NCBI GenBank assembly: GCA_041389065.1
Contig: JAWKSM010000001.1
Span: forward strand, 9,461 to 73,460
Length of the DNA stretch: 64,000 nucleotides
Source of the DNA: Minisyncoccota bacterium
GTDB lineage: Bacteria > Patescibacteriota > Minisyncoccia > Phycocordibacterales > CSBR16-119
Direction: 5' to 3'
Below, piece by piece: positions 16,948 through 25,451 of this stretch. The notes beneath the pieces are model-generated. The model searched no databases and was not told the DNA's origin. It saw only the letters and a list, made by a program, of their open reading frames with translations. The translations under genes and the position numbers were made by a program. Every line of letters begins with the position of its first letter. Position 1 is the first letter of the stretch.

Positions 16948-16985
16948 TGTTCTACGTTCCACGTTTTAAGCTTCACGTTTAACGA

Positions 16986-17840
16986 TTATTTTGATCTTTG
17001 TTGATTTCTTTTTGTTTTTCTTCGAGTAACAATAAACTTATCAGAGTATTTCTTCGATCGTCGTGTTTTAACTCCGTAAGCAAGCTTACCGTGTCGTGTC
17101 TTTGGACCTCTTCGAAGACCGATTCCTTGTCGACCTTCACCTCCTCCGTGTGGGTGGTCTACTGGGTTCATGGCCGTACCACGAACTGTAGGTCTGATTC
17201 CAAGCCATCTGTTTCTTCCGGCTTTTCCTCTTTTAACAAGTTTAAATTCAGCGTTTGAAACTTCTCCAACTGTTGCAAAACATGTTGAAGGAACTTTTCT
17301 AATTTCACCTGATGGCATTTTTAGAGAAGTTTTTCCTTCATCGTGAGCAACAACTTGAACGAAAGATCCTGCACCTCTTGCGATTTTTGCACCTCCTTTG
17401 AACTTCAATTCAACGTTGTGAACAAAGTTACCTACAGGAATGTTTACAAGAGCCATTCTGTTTCCAGCTTTTACTTCTGCTTCTTGTGAGACAACAAAAG
17501 TATCGCCAACATTCAACCCTTTTACCGCAAGAACGTATCTCTTTTCTCCATCTTTGTATGAAACAAGAGAGATGAAAGAGTTTCTGTTTGGATCGTATTC
17601 AACAGACTTTACTGTCGCTGGGATATCAAATTTATTATAAGTAAAATCGATATCTCGATATCGTCTCTTGTGTCCACCACCTTGGTGGGGAACAGTTACA
17701 ATACCTCTGTTGTTTCGTCCGCCTTTTTTCTTAAGACCTCGTAGAAGTTTTTTTGTTGGACGTGTGCCCGACAAAGCTTTTCTATAATTTGTTGTCACCA
17801 GGTTTCTTTTACCTGCTGACGTTGGTTTATGTATTTTCAT
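16986..17840 (-). CDS. rplB: 50S ribosomal protein L2 (uL2)
   Basis: 284 aa; GRNNRGIVTVPHQGGGHKRRYR, MNPVDHPHGGGEGR. Confidence 0.97.
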   Translation of the reverse strand: MKIHKPTSAGKRNLVTTNYRKALSGTRPTKKLLRGLKKKGGRNNRGIVTVPHQGGGHKRRYRDIDFTYNKFDIPATVKSVEYDPNRNSFISLVSYKDGEKRYVLAVKGLNVGDTFVVSQEAEVKAGNRMALVNIPVGNFVHNVELKFKGGAKIARGAGSFVQVVAHDEGKTSLKMPSGEIRKVPSTCFATVGEVSNAEFKLVKRGKAGRNRWLGIRPTVRGTAMNPVDHPHGGGEGRQGIGLRRGPKTRHGKLAYGVKTRRSKKYSDKFIVTRRKTKRNQQRSK

Positions 17841-17898
17841 GTTGATTTACAATCTATAATGAATTATCTTTTCTTATTCTCAGATTGTTATATTAATT

Positions 17899-18291
17899 TT
17901 AAACAAACTCTATTTTGTCTCCCTTTTTAAGAAACACATAGGCTTTTTTACCGCCACCTTTTTGTCCAAGAATATTTCTTCGAACAACTCTTTTTGTAGG
18001 AATAGCAGTAATGTTTACTTTTACTGGAGTTACGTTGTACAAAGCTTTTACAGCTTTCATAACTTCAACTTTTGAAGCTCTCGAAGAGATATCAAAAGTG
18101 TAAACATTTTTATCTGATGCATACGCAGCTTTTTCTGTAATTCTTGGATTTGCGATCACAGAACCAGAATCAAAGTTTGATACATTTTCACTCTTAGAAA
18201 TTTTCGCTTTTACTTTTTTGGTTTCTTTAACGACAACTTCTTTTGTTTCTTCTGACTTTTTGTCAGAGTCTTTTTTGTTAAATAATCCCAT
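17899..18291 (-). CDS. rplW: 50S ribosomal protein L23 (uL23) with Lys/Glu-rich N-terminal extension
   Basis: 130 aa; the C-terminal 85 aa form the L23 core (NPRITEKAAY...YTFDIS...KKAYVFLKKGDKIEF). Confidence 0.9.
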   Translation of the reverse strand: MGLFNKKDSDKKSEETKEVVVKETKKVKAKISKSENVSNFDSGSVIANPRITEKAAYASDKNVYTFDISSRASKVEVMKAVKALYNVTPVKVNITAIPTKRVVRRNILGQKGGGKKAYVFLKKGDKIEFV

Positions 18292-18292
18292 A

Positions 18293-18955
18293 TTACTTTA
18301 GCTTAGCTTCTAATGTTTTAATACTTTCTGTCGGGTTAACAATAACCAAGTATCGGTGATTTAGAACATCCAAGATATTTAGATTTCTAATTTCGTTCAC
18401 TTCTACGTGAGGAATATTGTTGAAACTTTTTATTACAGTGTCATCTTTTGAGTCAGTCGCAAAATGAGCAACAACCTTTTTTGAACCCAAAAGTCTTTCA
18501 AATCCTTCGATTTTTCCAAGAGACGTAACTGTGTTGAAAGCTTCTTTTGTCTTAATTTCTGAAGGTGTAATACTGTCCACAAAAAGAATTCTTCCAGCTT
18601 TGAACTTTTCAGACAAAGCAGTGAAAAGGGCTTTCGCATTCATTTTCTTGTTGATCTTCTTTTTGTAGTTTCGAGTATTCTTTGGACCGTGAGCAACTCC
18701 TCCACCAACCCAAATTGGTGATTTTCTGTCTCCGTGTCGTGCTCGTCCTGTTCCTTTTTGTTTCCAAGGTTTCTTACCTGTTCCAGATACTTCTCCTCTA
18801 TCTTTTGTGTGAGCAGTATTTGTTCTTTGGTTAGACATTGTACTTACCACTACTTGGTGAACCAAGTCTGCATTTTTTGGAAGTCCGAAAATAGTTTCTG
18901 GCAGAGAAATATTTCCTGCAACCTCCCCTTTTTTGTTATATATTTTTGCTTCCAT
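18293..18955 (-). CDS. rplD: 50S ribosomal protein L4 (uL4)
   Basis: 220 aa; KPWKQKGTGRARHGDRKSPIWVGGGVAHGPK. Confidence 0.95.
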   Translation of the reverse strand: MEAKIYNKKGEVAGNISLPETIFGLPKNADLVHQVVVSTMSNQRTNTAHTKDRGEVSGTGKKPWKQKGTGRARHGDRKSPIWVGGGVAHGPKNTRNYKKKINKKMNAKALFTALSEKFKAGRILFVDSITPSEIKTKEAFNTVTSLGKIEGFERLLGSKKVVAHFATDSKDDTVIKSFNNIPHVEVNEIRNLNILDVLNHRYLVIVNPTESIKTLEAKLK

Positions 18956-18958
18956 ATA

Positions 18959-19573
18959 TTATCCTTTAATAGTGATAACTGTCCCTCGTCGACCAGGCAA
19001 GGCACCTTTTATAAGTAACTGATTATTTTCAGCATCAACAGCAAGAACTTTTAGGTTTTTTACAGTAACCAAATCAGATCCCATTCTTCCTGCCATTCGA
19101 ATTCCTTTTGCAACACGTCCTCCAGCTCGTCCACCTGATCCACCGATAGAACCAGCTTCTCTTTCAGAGTGCTTTTGTCCGTGTGAGCGTCGTCCTCCAT
19201 GGAAACCATGTCTTTTAACAACACCTTGGAATCCTTTACCTTTAGAAATTCCTGATACAGAAACAGTGTCGCCTGTAGCAAACACAGAAGCGTCAATCTT
19301 GTCGCCAGTATTAAGATTAAGACCTTCCAATCTAAACTCTTTTAGAAGTTTAAAATTTCCAAGATCTTTTACGTGACCTTTTACAGGTTTTGAGATTCTT
19401 GATTCTTTTTGTTCACCAAAACCAAGCTGTACTGCTTCGTATCCATCTTTTTCTTTTGTTTTTTTGTATACCACAGTAACAGGACCAGCGTTCACGATTG
19501 TTGCTGGAAAAACTTGTCCAGCTTCATCGAAGAACTGTGTCATGTTCTGTTTAGTTCCGATTATAAATTTCAT
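18959..19573 (-). CDS. rplC: 50S ribosomal protein L3 (uL3)
   Basis: 204 aa; GKGFQGVVKRHGFHGG motif. Confidence 0.95.
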   Translation of the reverse strand: MKFIIGTKQNMTQFFDEAGQVFPATIVNAGPVTVVYKKTKEKDGYEAVQLGFGEQKESRISKPVKGHVKDLGNFKLLKEFRLEGLNLNTGDKIDASVFATGDTVSVSGISKGKGFQGVVKRHGFHGGRRSHGQKHSEREAGSIGGSGGRAGGRVAKGIRMAGRMGSDLVTVKNLKVLAVDAENNQLLIKGALPGRRGTVITIKG

Positions 19574-19654
19574 AGAAATAGTTAAGTTATCACGACGCCC
19601 CGCTCCTTTTAAGGAATCGGGGTCGTGACATTGTACCTATATTAACTTTGTAAA

Positions 19655-20005
19655 TTACTTCATTGTTACATCAACCTCCACACCTGATGGAAGATTGAGG
19701 TTTGTAAGAGCTTCGATAGTCTTTGCGTTTGGATTCAATATATCGATAAGTCTCTTGTGAGTTCGCATTTCGAATTGTTCTCGTGCGTCTTTGTATACGA
19801 ACGGAGATCTGTTTACTGTGTACTTTTTTATATCAGTAGGCAGTGGAACAGGACCCAAGATTTTTGCGTCATAGCGAAGTGCTGTGTCGATAATTTGTTT
19901 TACCGAATTATCTAAAATCTTGTTTTCGTACGCTCTAACTCGAATGCGAAGCTTTACTTCACCTTCTTTATTTGCGGTTTTTGATTGTGCTTTTTTAGCT
20001 ACCAT
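19655..20005 (-). CDS. rpsJ: 30S ribosomal protein S10 (uS10)
   Basis: 116 aa; [14 protein letters not shown]...GPVPLPT...[24 protein letters not shown]. Confidence 0.95.
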   Translation of the reverse strand: MVAKKAQSKTANKEGEVKLRIRVRAYENKILDNSVKQIIDTALRYDAKILGPVPLPTDIKKYTVNRSPFVYKDAREQFEMRTHKRLIDILNPNAKTIEALTNLNLPSGVEVDVTMK

Positions 20006-20029
20006 ATTAATGAACTGTATTAGTTGGAA

Positions 20030-21226
20030 TTATTTGATGATTTTAACTACAACTCCGGCACCAACTGTTCTTCCTCCTTCTCGCACCGCAAATCTTTGTT
20101 GTTCTTCAAGGGCGATAGGTGCAACCAAGTTTACTTTGATATTTACAGTATCTCCTGGCATAACCATTTCTGTTCCTTCTGGAAGTGTTACTTCACCTGT
20201 TACGTCTGTTGTTCGAAGATAGAATTGTGGTTTGTAACCTTTGAAGAATGGAGTGTGTCGTCCACCTTCTTCTTTCTTTAGAACGTAGATTTCAGCTTCA
20301 AATTCTGTGTGAGGTTTTACTGAACCAACAGCAGCAAGAACTTGTCCTCGGTGAATATCTTCTTTCTTAGTACCTCGTAGTAGAAGTCCAGCGTTGTCTC
20401 CAGCCATACCTTCAGAAAGTTGTTTGTTGAACATTTCAACTCCTGTGATAGTTGTTTTTGTTGTTTCGTGTAGACCAACAATTTCAACTTCTTGACCAAC
20501 TTTGATAACACCTCTTTCAATTTTACCTGTAGCAACAGTTCCTCTTCCTTCGATAGAGAAAATGTCTTCAACTGGCATAAGGAAAGGTTTGTCTAGATCT
20601 CGAACTGGTTCTGGGATGTATGTATCAAGAGCATCCATAAGTTCCATAATCTTTCCAACCCAAGGATCGTTAGGATCTGTAGCTTCAGTAGCTTTTAGAC
20701 CTGATCCCTTAATAACTGGAGTGTTAGCTCCATCGAATCCGTTCTTTGTAAGAAGTTCTCGAATTTCTTCTTCAACAAGCATTACCATTTCTTCGTCTTC
20801 AACCATGTCTACTTTGTTTAGGAAAACAACGAATCTTGGCACACCTACTTGTTTTGCAAGAAGTACGTGTTCACGAGTTTGTGGCATCACACCATCTGTA
20901 GCTGCAACCACTAGGATTGCACCGTCCATTTGTGCGGCACCTGTAATCATGTTTTTGATGTAGTCAGCGTGACCTGGCGCGTCGATGTGCGCGTAGTGTC
21001 GCTTTTCTGTTTCATACTCTTGGTGAGAAAGAGAGATAGTAATACCTCTTTCTTTTTCTTCAGGAGCATTATCGATATCTGCTACTGACTTCATTGAAGC
21101 CATAAACCCCTTAAGCTTTAGAGCGTTAAGGATACCTGCAGTAAGAGTTGTCTTACCGTGGTCAACGTGTCCAATTGTACCCACGTTTACGTGAGGCTTT
21201 GAACGATCAAACATTTCTGCTGCCAT
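20030..21226 (-). CDS. tuf: Elongation factor Tu
   Basis: 398 aa; [22 protein letters not shown]-motifs. Confidence 0.98.
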   Translation of the reverse strand: MAAEMFDRSKPHVNVGTIGHVDHGKTTLTAGILNALKLKGFMASMKSVADIDNAPEEKERGITISLSHQEYETEKRHYAHIDAPGHADYIKNMITGAAQMDGAILVVAATDGVMPQTREHVLLAKQVGVPRFVVFLNKVDMVEDEEMVMLVEEEIRELLTKNGFDGANTPVIKGSGLKATEATDPNDPWVGKIMELMDALDTYIPEPVRDLDKPFLMPVEDIFSIEGRGTVATGKIERGVIKVGQEVEIVGLHETTKTTITGVEMFNKQLSEGMAGDNAGLLLRGTKKEDIHRGQVLAAVGSVKPHTEFEAEIYVLKKEEGGRHTPFFKGYKPQFYLRTTDVTGEVTLPEGTEMVMPGDTVNIKVNLVAPIALEEQQRFAVREGGRTVGAGVVVKIIK

Positions 21227-21339
21227 AATATTATATATTGGTTGATGTCTTTAATTTTGTGCACGAGAACTGTGACAAAACCAACGACACCAACATAATT
21301 ACTTAATAATTTACTAATGTGCACTACACATATTTTCAT

Positions 21340-21507
21340 CCTAAAATCGGTTTTTAGGAAACAAAAAGACGCGTAAGTGCGCTGTGGAGTATTGTATATG
21401 AAAAGAGTTGAGGCGTCAAGGAGTTTTTTTCTTTTATTAAATGAAAGGATTTAATTTAAAAAGAAAGCCCCGCAGTCCTTCCGGACTGCGGGGTTTACTC
21501 AAACAAG
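21340..21507 (+). repeat. TCAAACAG-loop structured element, copy 5 (degenerate)
   Basis: CCTAAAA..TTTTAGG hairpin, AAACAAAAAGACGCG, then the tail GAGGCGTCAAGG ... GGATTTAATTTAAAAAGAAA. A GCCCCGCAGTCC-ttcc-GGACTGCGGGG hairpin follows (same GCCCCGCA/TGCGGGG ends as the copy 2 inner stem), followed by TTTA-CTCAAACA-AGG. The long outer hairpin is missing. Confidence 0.5.
21391..21419 (-). promoter_or_regulatory. Sigma70-like promoter, TTGACG-17-TACAAT, reading toward tuf
   Basis: Minus strand reads TTGACGCCTCAACTCTTTTCATATACAAT. The -35 box is the reverse complement of the conserved GCGTCAAGG tail motif of the element. Confidence 0.4.
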
Positions 21508-21517
21508 GAACAGATCA

Positions 21518-21787
21518 CTATGTCAGCATCTGCATCTGGTAGTTGGGTCGGACAACCGTTCCATTGTCGAGAAGAGGTTTCAGGTCAAGCCAGACCAGCT
21601 CATGCAAACGAGGCAACGGGAATTTTGGCTGAGGTAACATCTCAACATCAAGCTTCTCTAGTAGAGCTTTGGCGAGATACTCATTAAGCTCTGACTCATT
21701 TGCGATAGTGTCTCCCTCTAGCCAATCCCGGAAGCGAAAGAGGGATTCCATGAACCCAAGCTTCGATTTCCGAATTGCGCTCATCAT
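21518..21787 (-). CDS. Hypothetical protein (89 aa), orphan between fusA and tuf
   Basis: ORF in a GC-richer segment, downstream of the 62-aa ORF on the same strand in a different frame. Confidence 0.5.
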   Translation of the reverse strand: MMSAIRKSKLGFMESLFRFRDWLEGDTIANESELNEYLAKALLEKLDVEMLPQPKFPLPRLHELVWLDLKPLLDNGTVVRPNYQMQMLT

Positions 21788-21840
21788 GTCACCGTGACAT
21801 AGATGACGGCAACACTCCTGTGGAAGCTGGTTTGACAGAT

Positions 21841-22029
21841 TTAGTATGAAGATGACAGATCTATTACCAGCCTTATCAATAATGCGAGCTTCCCGGACCA
21901 GTAACTCGGAAGTGAGTGGCGCACCTTATGTCCCCAATCATCCTCATATTGAGGTCCAGCGTTTTCGGAATTATCCTGAAAACCCACACGAAATTCGATA
22001 TTCATGGTTACTCCTTCGAGAGTTTTCAT
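21841..22029 (-). CDS. Hypothetical protein (62 aa), orphan between fusA and tuf
   Basis: ORF preceded by the promoter at 22072-22100. It could be a separate small gene or the 5' part of a frameshifted gene continuing in 21518..21787. Confidence 0.4.
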   Translation of the reverse strand: MKTLEGVTMNIEFRVGFQDNSENAGPQYEDDWGHKVRHSLPSYWSGKLALLIRLVIDLSSSY

Positions 22030-22071
22030 GGTGTTTCGTTCTAGTTAGAAGTGCTTTCTTCTTCAAAATTA

Positions 22072-22100
22072 ATATTACTCTTACTAAAAAACTTTTGCAA
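22072..22100 (-). promoter_or_regulatory. Sigma70-like promoter, TTGCAA-17-TAATAT
   Basis: Minus strand reads TTGCAAAAGTTTTTTAGTAAGAGTAATAT, about 40 nt upstream of the ATG at 22029. Confidence 0.45.
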
Positions 22101-22108
22101 GCCAAAAC

Positions 22109-22134
22109 AAAAATCTCCCTCTCGGGAGATTTTT
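22109..22134 (-). terminator. Intrinsic terminator directly after fusA
   Basis: AAAAATCTCCC-gaga-GGGAGATTTTT, 22 nt after the fusA stop. fusA-tuf is normally co-transcribed. Confidence 0.6.
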
Positions 22135-22155
22135 GCTTTTGCTTATTTAAATTAT

Positions 22156-24309
22156 TTAAGCTGTTTGTCTTTTTTTGATTATTTCTTCTGAAACGTTCTT
22201 TGGAACAACATCGTATCGTAGGAATTCCATTGTGAAGTTTCCTCGTCCTGCAGTCATTGATCGAAGATTGTTGATATATCCGAACATTGATGAAAGTGGA
22301 ACAACTGCTTTAATAGCTTGAACCATTCCTCTGTCTTCTGTTCCTTCGATAAGCCCTCTCTTTGATGCAATATCTCCAGTAATGTCTCCCATATATGAGT
22401 GAGGGGCAACAACTTCAACTTTCATCATCGGTTCAAGAATAACAGGACTTGCTTTCTTTGCAGCATCTTGGAAAGCCATTGATGAAGCAATTTTGAACGC
22501 AATTTCAGAAGAGTCCACGTCGTGATACGATCCATCGTATAGATCAACTCGAATATCAGTCATTGGGTATCCAGCAAGAACACCTCTTGCCATTGATTCT
22601 CTAAATCCTTTTTCACAAGCTGGAATATATTCTTGAGGAATAACACCACCTTTGATTGAGTTTACAAATTCCAAACCATCTTCTCTTGAAACGTTCTTTG
22701 GCAAATCTTCTTCAGCCACAGAATAATCAAGTGGAGAAACTCTGATCTTAACGTGACCGTATTGTCCGCGACCTCCTGATTGTTTGATGTATTTATTTTC
22801 AACGTCAGCAGTTCCAGAAATAGTTTCTCGGAAAGCAACTTGTGGAGCACTTGTATTTGCTTCAACAGAAAACTCTCTTTTCATTCTGTCTACGATAATA
22901 TCAAGGTGAAGTTCTCCCATACCAGCGATGATTGTTTCGCCTGTTTCAGGATCTGAAGAAACTCGGAAAGTTGGATCTTCTGCTTGAAGTCTGTTTAGAG
23001 CAAGACCCATTTTTTCTTGGTCTGCTTTTGTCTTTGGTTCAATTCTCATTGAGATAACCGGTTCTGGCGCAACAATCTTTTCAAGCATTATTGGATGATC
23101 TTCATTACAAAGAGTGTCTGATGTTGTTGTATCTTTAAGACCAACAGCAGCAGCGATTTCTCCAGCGTAAACAACCTTCACTTCTTCTCTGTCGTTTGAG
23201 TGCATTCGAAGAATTCTACCGACTCGCTCTTTTATACCTTTTGTAGCGTTGTAAACATAAGAACCTGATTCTAGTTTTCCAGAATATACTCGGATGAAAG
23301 TTAGCTGACCAACGTATGGATCTGATTGAAGCTTGAAAGCCAGTGCAGCAAGCGGGGCTTCGTCAGAAACTTCTCTTTCAACTGTTTCGTTTGTTTCTGG
23401 ATCAATACCTTTTGGTTTTGGAATATCAAGTGGACTTGGAAGATAATCAACAACACCATCCAAAACCAATTGCACTCCTTTGTTCTTTAGAGCTGATCCA
23501 CAAAATACTGGGAAAATTTCATTTTTGATAACAGCAGATCGAAGAGCTTTTTTCAAATCTTCAACAGAAAAATCTGTCTTTCCTTCAAGATATTCTGACA
23601 TCATCGCTTCGTCAGTTTCTACAATTTTTTCTACAAGCTCCATTCGAAGTTTTTCAGCCTCATCTTTGTATTCAGCTGGAATTTCCATTTCTACAATGTC
23701 TTTTCCTTTATCTCCTTCGAACTTATAAGCTTTCATTTTTATAAGATCAATAACAGCTTCGAACTTGTCTTCAAGTCCAATAGGAATTTGAATTCTGACA
23801 GCCTTTTTTGTAAGACGCGCCAAAATACTTTCGAAAGATCTTTCAAAAGAAGCACCTGTTCTGTCTAGTTTGTTAATAAAACAAAGTCGTGGCACGTTTC
23901 CATCATCAGCATATCTCCAGTTTGTTTCTGATTGCGGCTCTACCCCAGCCACTCCATCGAAAACAACAACAGCACCGTCCAAAACTCGAAGAGATCTTTT
24001 CACTTCAATAGTGAAGTCGATGTGACCCGGTGTGTCGATTAGGTTAAACTGACACTTTTTTGAAGTATCTGTTGCAGGCATATATGAAGGGCTCCAAAAT
24101 GCTGTTGTCGCAGCAGAGGCGATAGTGATTCCTCGCTCTCTTTCTTGTTCCATCCAGTCCATCACTGTTTCTCCGTCGTGAACTTCGCCTATTTTGTGAC
24201 TTTCACCAGTATAAAAAAGCACACGTTCTGATGTTGTTGTTTTACCAGCATCGATGTGAGCAATGATTCCAAAATTTCTAACTTTAGCGAGTGGGTAGTC
24301 TCTGTTCAT
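22156..24309 (-). CDS. fusA: Elongation factor G
   Basis: 717 aa; [21 protein letters not shown] motifs and full domain complement. Confidence 0.98.
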   Translation of the reverse strand: MNRDYPLAKVRNFGIIAHIDAGKTTTSERVLFYTGESHKIGEVHDGETVMDWMEQERERGITIASAATTAFWSPSYMPATDTSKKCQFNLIDTPGHIDFTIEVKRSLRVLDGAVVVFDGVAGVEPQSETNWRYADDGNVPRLCFINKLDRTGASFERSFESILARLTKKAVRIQIPIGLEDKFEAVIDLIKMKAYKFEGDKGKDIVEMEIPAEYKDEAEKLRMELVEKIVETDEAMMSEYLEGKTDFSVEDLKKALRSAVIKNEIFPVFCGSALKNKGVQLVLDGVVDYLPSPLDIPKPKGIDPETNETVEREVSDEAPLAALAFKLQSDPYVGQLTFIRVYSGKLESGSYVYNATKGIKERVGRILRMHSNDREEVKVVYAGEIAAAVGLKDTTTSDTLCNEDHPIMLEKIVAPEPVISMRIEPKTKADQEKMGLALNRLQAEDPTFRVSSDPETGETIIAGMGELHLDIIVDRMKREFSVEANTSAPQVAFRETISGTADVENKYIKQSGGRGQYGHVKIRVSPLDYSVAEEDLPKNVSREDGLEFVNSIKGGVIPQEYIPACEKGFRESMARGVLAGYPMTDIRVDLYDGSYHDVDSSEIAFKIASSMAFQDAAKKASPVILEPMMKVEVVAPHSYMGDITGDIASKRGLIEGTEDRGMVQAIKAVVPLSSMFGYINNLRSMTAGRGNFTMEFLRYDVVPKNVSEEIIKKRQTA

Positions 24310-24419
24310 ATATAAAATTCTTCAATATTTATAAAATAATAATACCTGTTATCACAAGATATAATACATCATAATTATTTAAATATCATTATTAGGAGAT
24401 ATTTATTTTGTATGACGAA

Positions 24420-24890
24420 TTACCAAGCAAAGTGAGCGAAAGCTTTGTTTGCTTCAGCCATTTTGTGGGTATCATCTCGTTTTTTGATAGCAGCACCTTC
24501 GTTGTTGAAAGCTGAGATAATTTCTTCTGTAAGAGCCGTATCCATAGTTACGCCTTTTCTTCCTCGAGCAGCTTCAATAATCCATCGCATTGCAAGTTGT
24601 AGTCTTCTTTCAGCTCTAACTTCTCGTGGAACTTGATAGTTTGCACCACCAACTCTTCGAGATCTTACTTCCATAACTGGAGAAGCATTTTTAAGAGCAC
24701 CATCAAAAACCTCTAAAGGATTTGGGTTTTGTGTTTTTTCAGCAACTTTTTTAAGAGTTTTATAAACAACAGTTTCTGCTGTTGTTCTTTTCCCATCCAA
24801 CATAACATAGTTAATAAACTTAGAGAGTTTCTCTGAGTTATACATTCTGTCAGCTTCTGTTATATTTTTCTTTTTAATTGGTCTTCGCAT
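24420..24890 (-). CDS. rpsG: 30S ribosomal protein S7 (uS7)
   Basis: 156 aa; MRRPIKKKNI...VRSRRVGGANYQVP...AFAHFAW. Confidence 0.95.
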   Translation of the reverse strand: MRRPIKKKNITEADRMYNSEKLSKFINYVMLDGKRTTAETVVYKTLKKVAEKTQNPNPLEVFDGALKNASPVMEVRSRRVGGANYQVPREVRAERRLQLAMRWIIEAARGRKGVTMDTALTEEIISAFNNEGAAIKKRDDTHKMAEANKAFAHFAW

Positions 24891-24895
24891 ATTTT

Positions 24896-25315
24896 TTATT
24901 TAGCAGCTTTTGGTTTTTTAGCACCATATTTACTTCTAGCATTTCTTCTCTTTTCTACTCCACCAGCATCGAGAACTCCTCGAACAACTGTATATCGCAC
25001 ACCAATAAGGTCTTTCACTCTACCTGATCTAAGCATTACCACAGAGTGTTCTTGAATATTGTGTCCTTCTCCTGGAATATATGCTGTTACTTCGTAGTGA
25101 TTAGTCAAACGAACTCTGGCAATTTTTCGAAGCGCTGAGTTTGGCTTCTTTGGAGTTGTTGTTGTAACTTTTGTACAAACACCTCTTTTAAAAGGAGAAG
25201 CGTATGATGTTGGTCTATTTGTAATAGAATTAAAACCACGTCGAAGAGCAAGAGTTTTTACAACTCTTTCTGACTTCTTTCTTCCCTTTTTAACTAATTG
25301 ACTTATTGTTGCCAT
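24896..25315 (-). CDS. rpsL: 30S ribosomal protein S12 (uS12)
   Basis: Start re-assigned to the ATG at 25315 ([14 protein letters not shown]...). Conserved [22 protein letters not shown]. The 22-codon extension in the track is not S12-like. Confidence 0.95.
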   Translation of the reverse strand: MATISQLVKKGRKKSERVVKTLALRRGFNSITNRPTSYASPFKRGVCTKVTTTTPKKPNSALRKIARVRLTNHYEVTAYIPGEGHNIQEHSVVMLRSGRVKDLIGVRYTVVRGVLDAGGVEKRRNARSKYGAKKPKAAK

Positions 25316-25408
25316 AATTTGAAAAATAGCCCTTAAAAAGACTAGTCGGCATACTTTACTATGTGTATAAAAAAAATGCAAGTGTTATTTGCAATTTTCA
25401 AAAAGAAA

Positions 25409-25432
25409 GGCCCGCCCCTCATGGGGCGGGCC
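25409..25432 (-). terminator. Intrinsic terminator after T9SS-CTD protein A
   Basis: GGCCCGCCCC-atga-GGGGCGGGCC followed by TTTCTTTTT on the minus strand, 20 nt after the stop at 25452. Confidence 0.6.
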
Positions 25433-25451
25433 ATCATTCTCCCGAAGGAAA

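Noticed and set aside
7943-24636. Many 60-150-aa ORFs antisense to or out of frame with r-protein, EF-Tu and EF-G genes (for example 7943..8212, 12768..13025, 15189..15455, 19884..20222, 20502..20963, 23480..23728).
   Set aside because: They are fully nested in strongly supported conserved genes. Their translations are low-complexity and have no start or terminator context.
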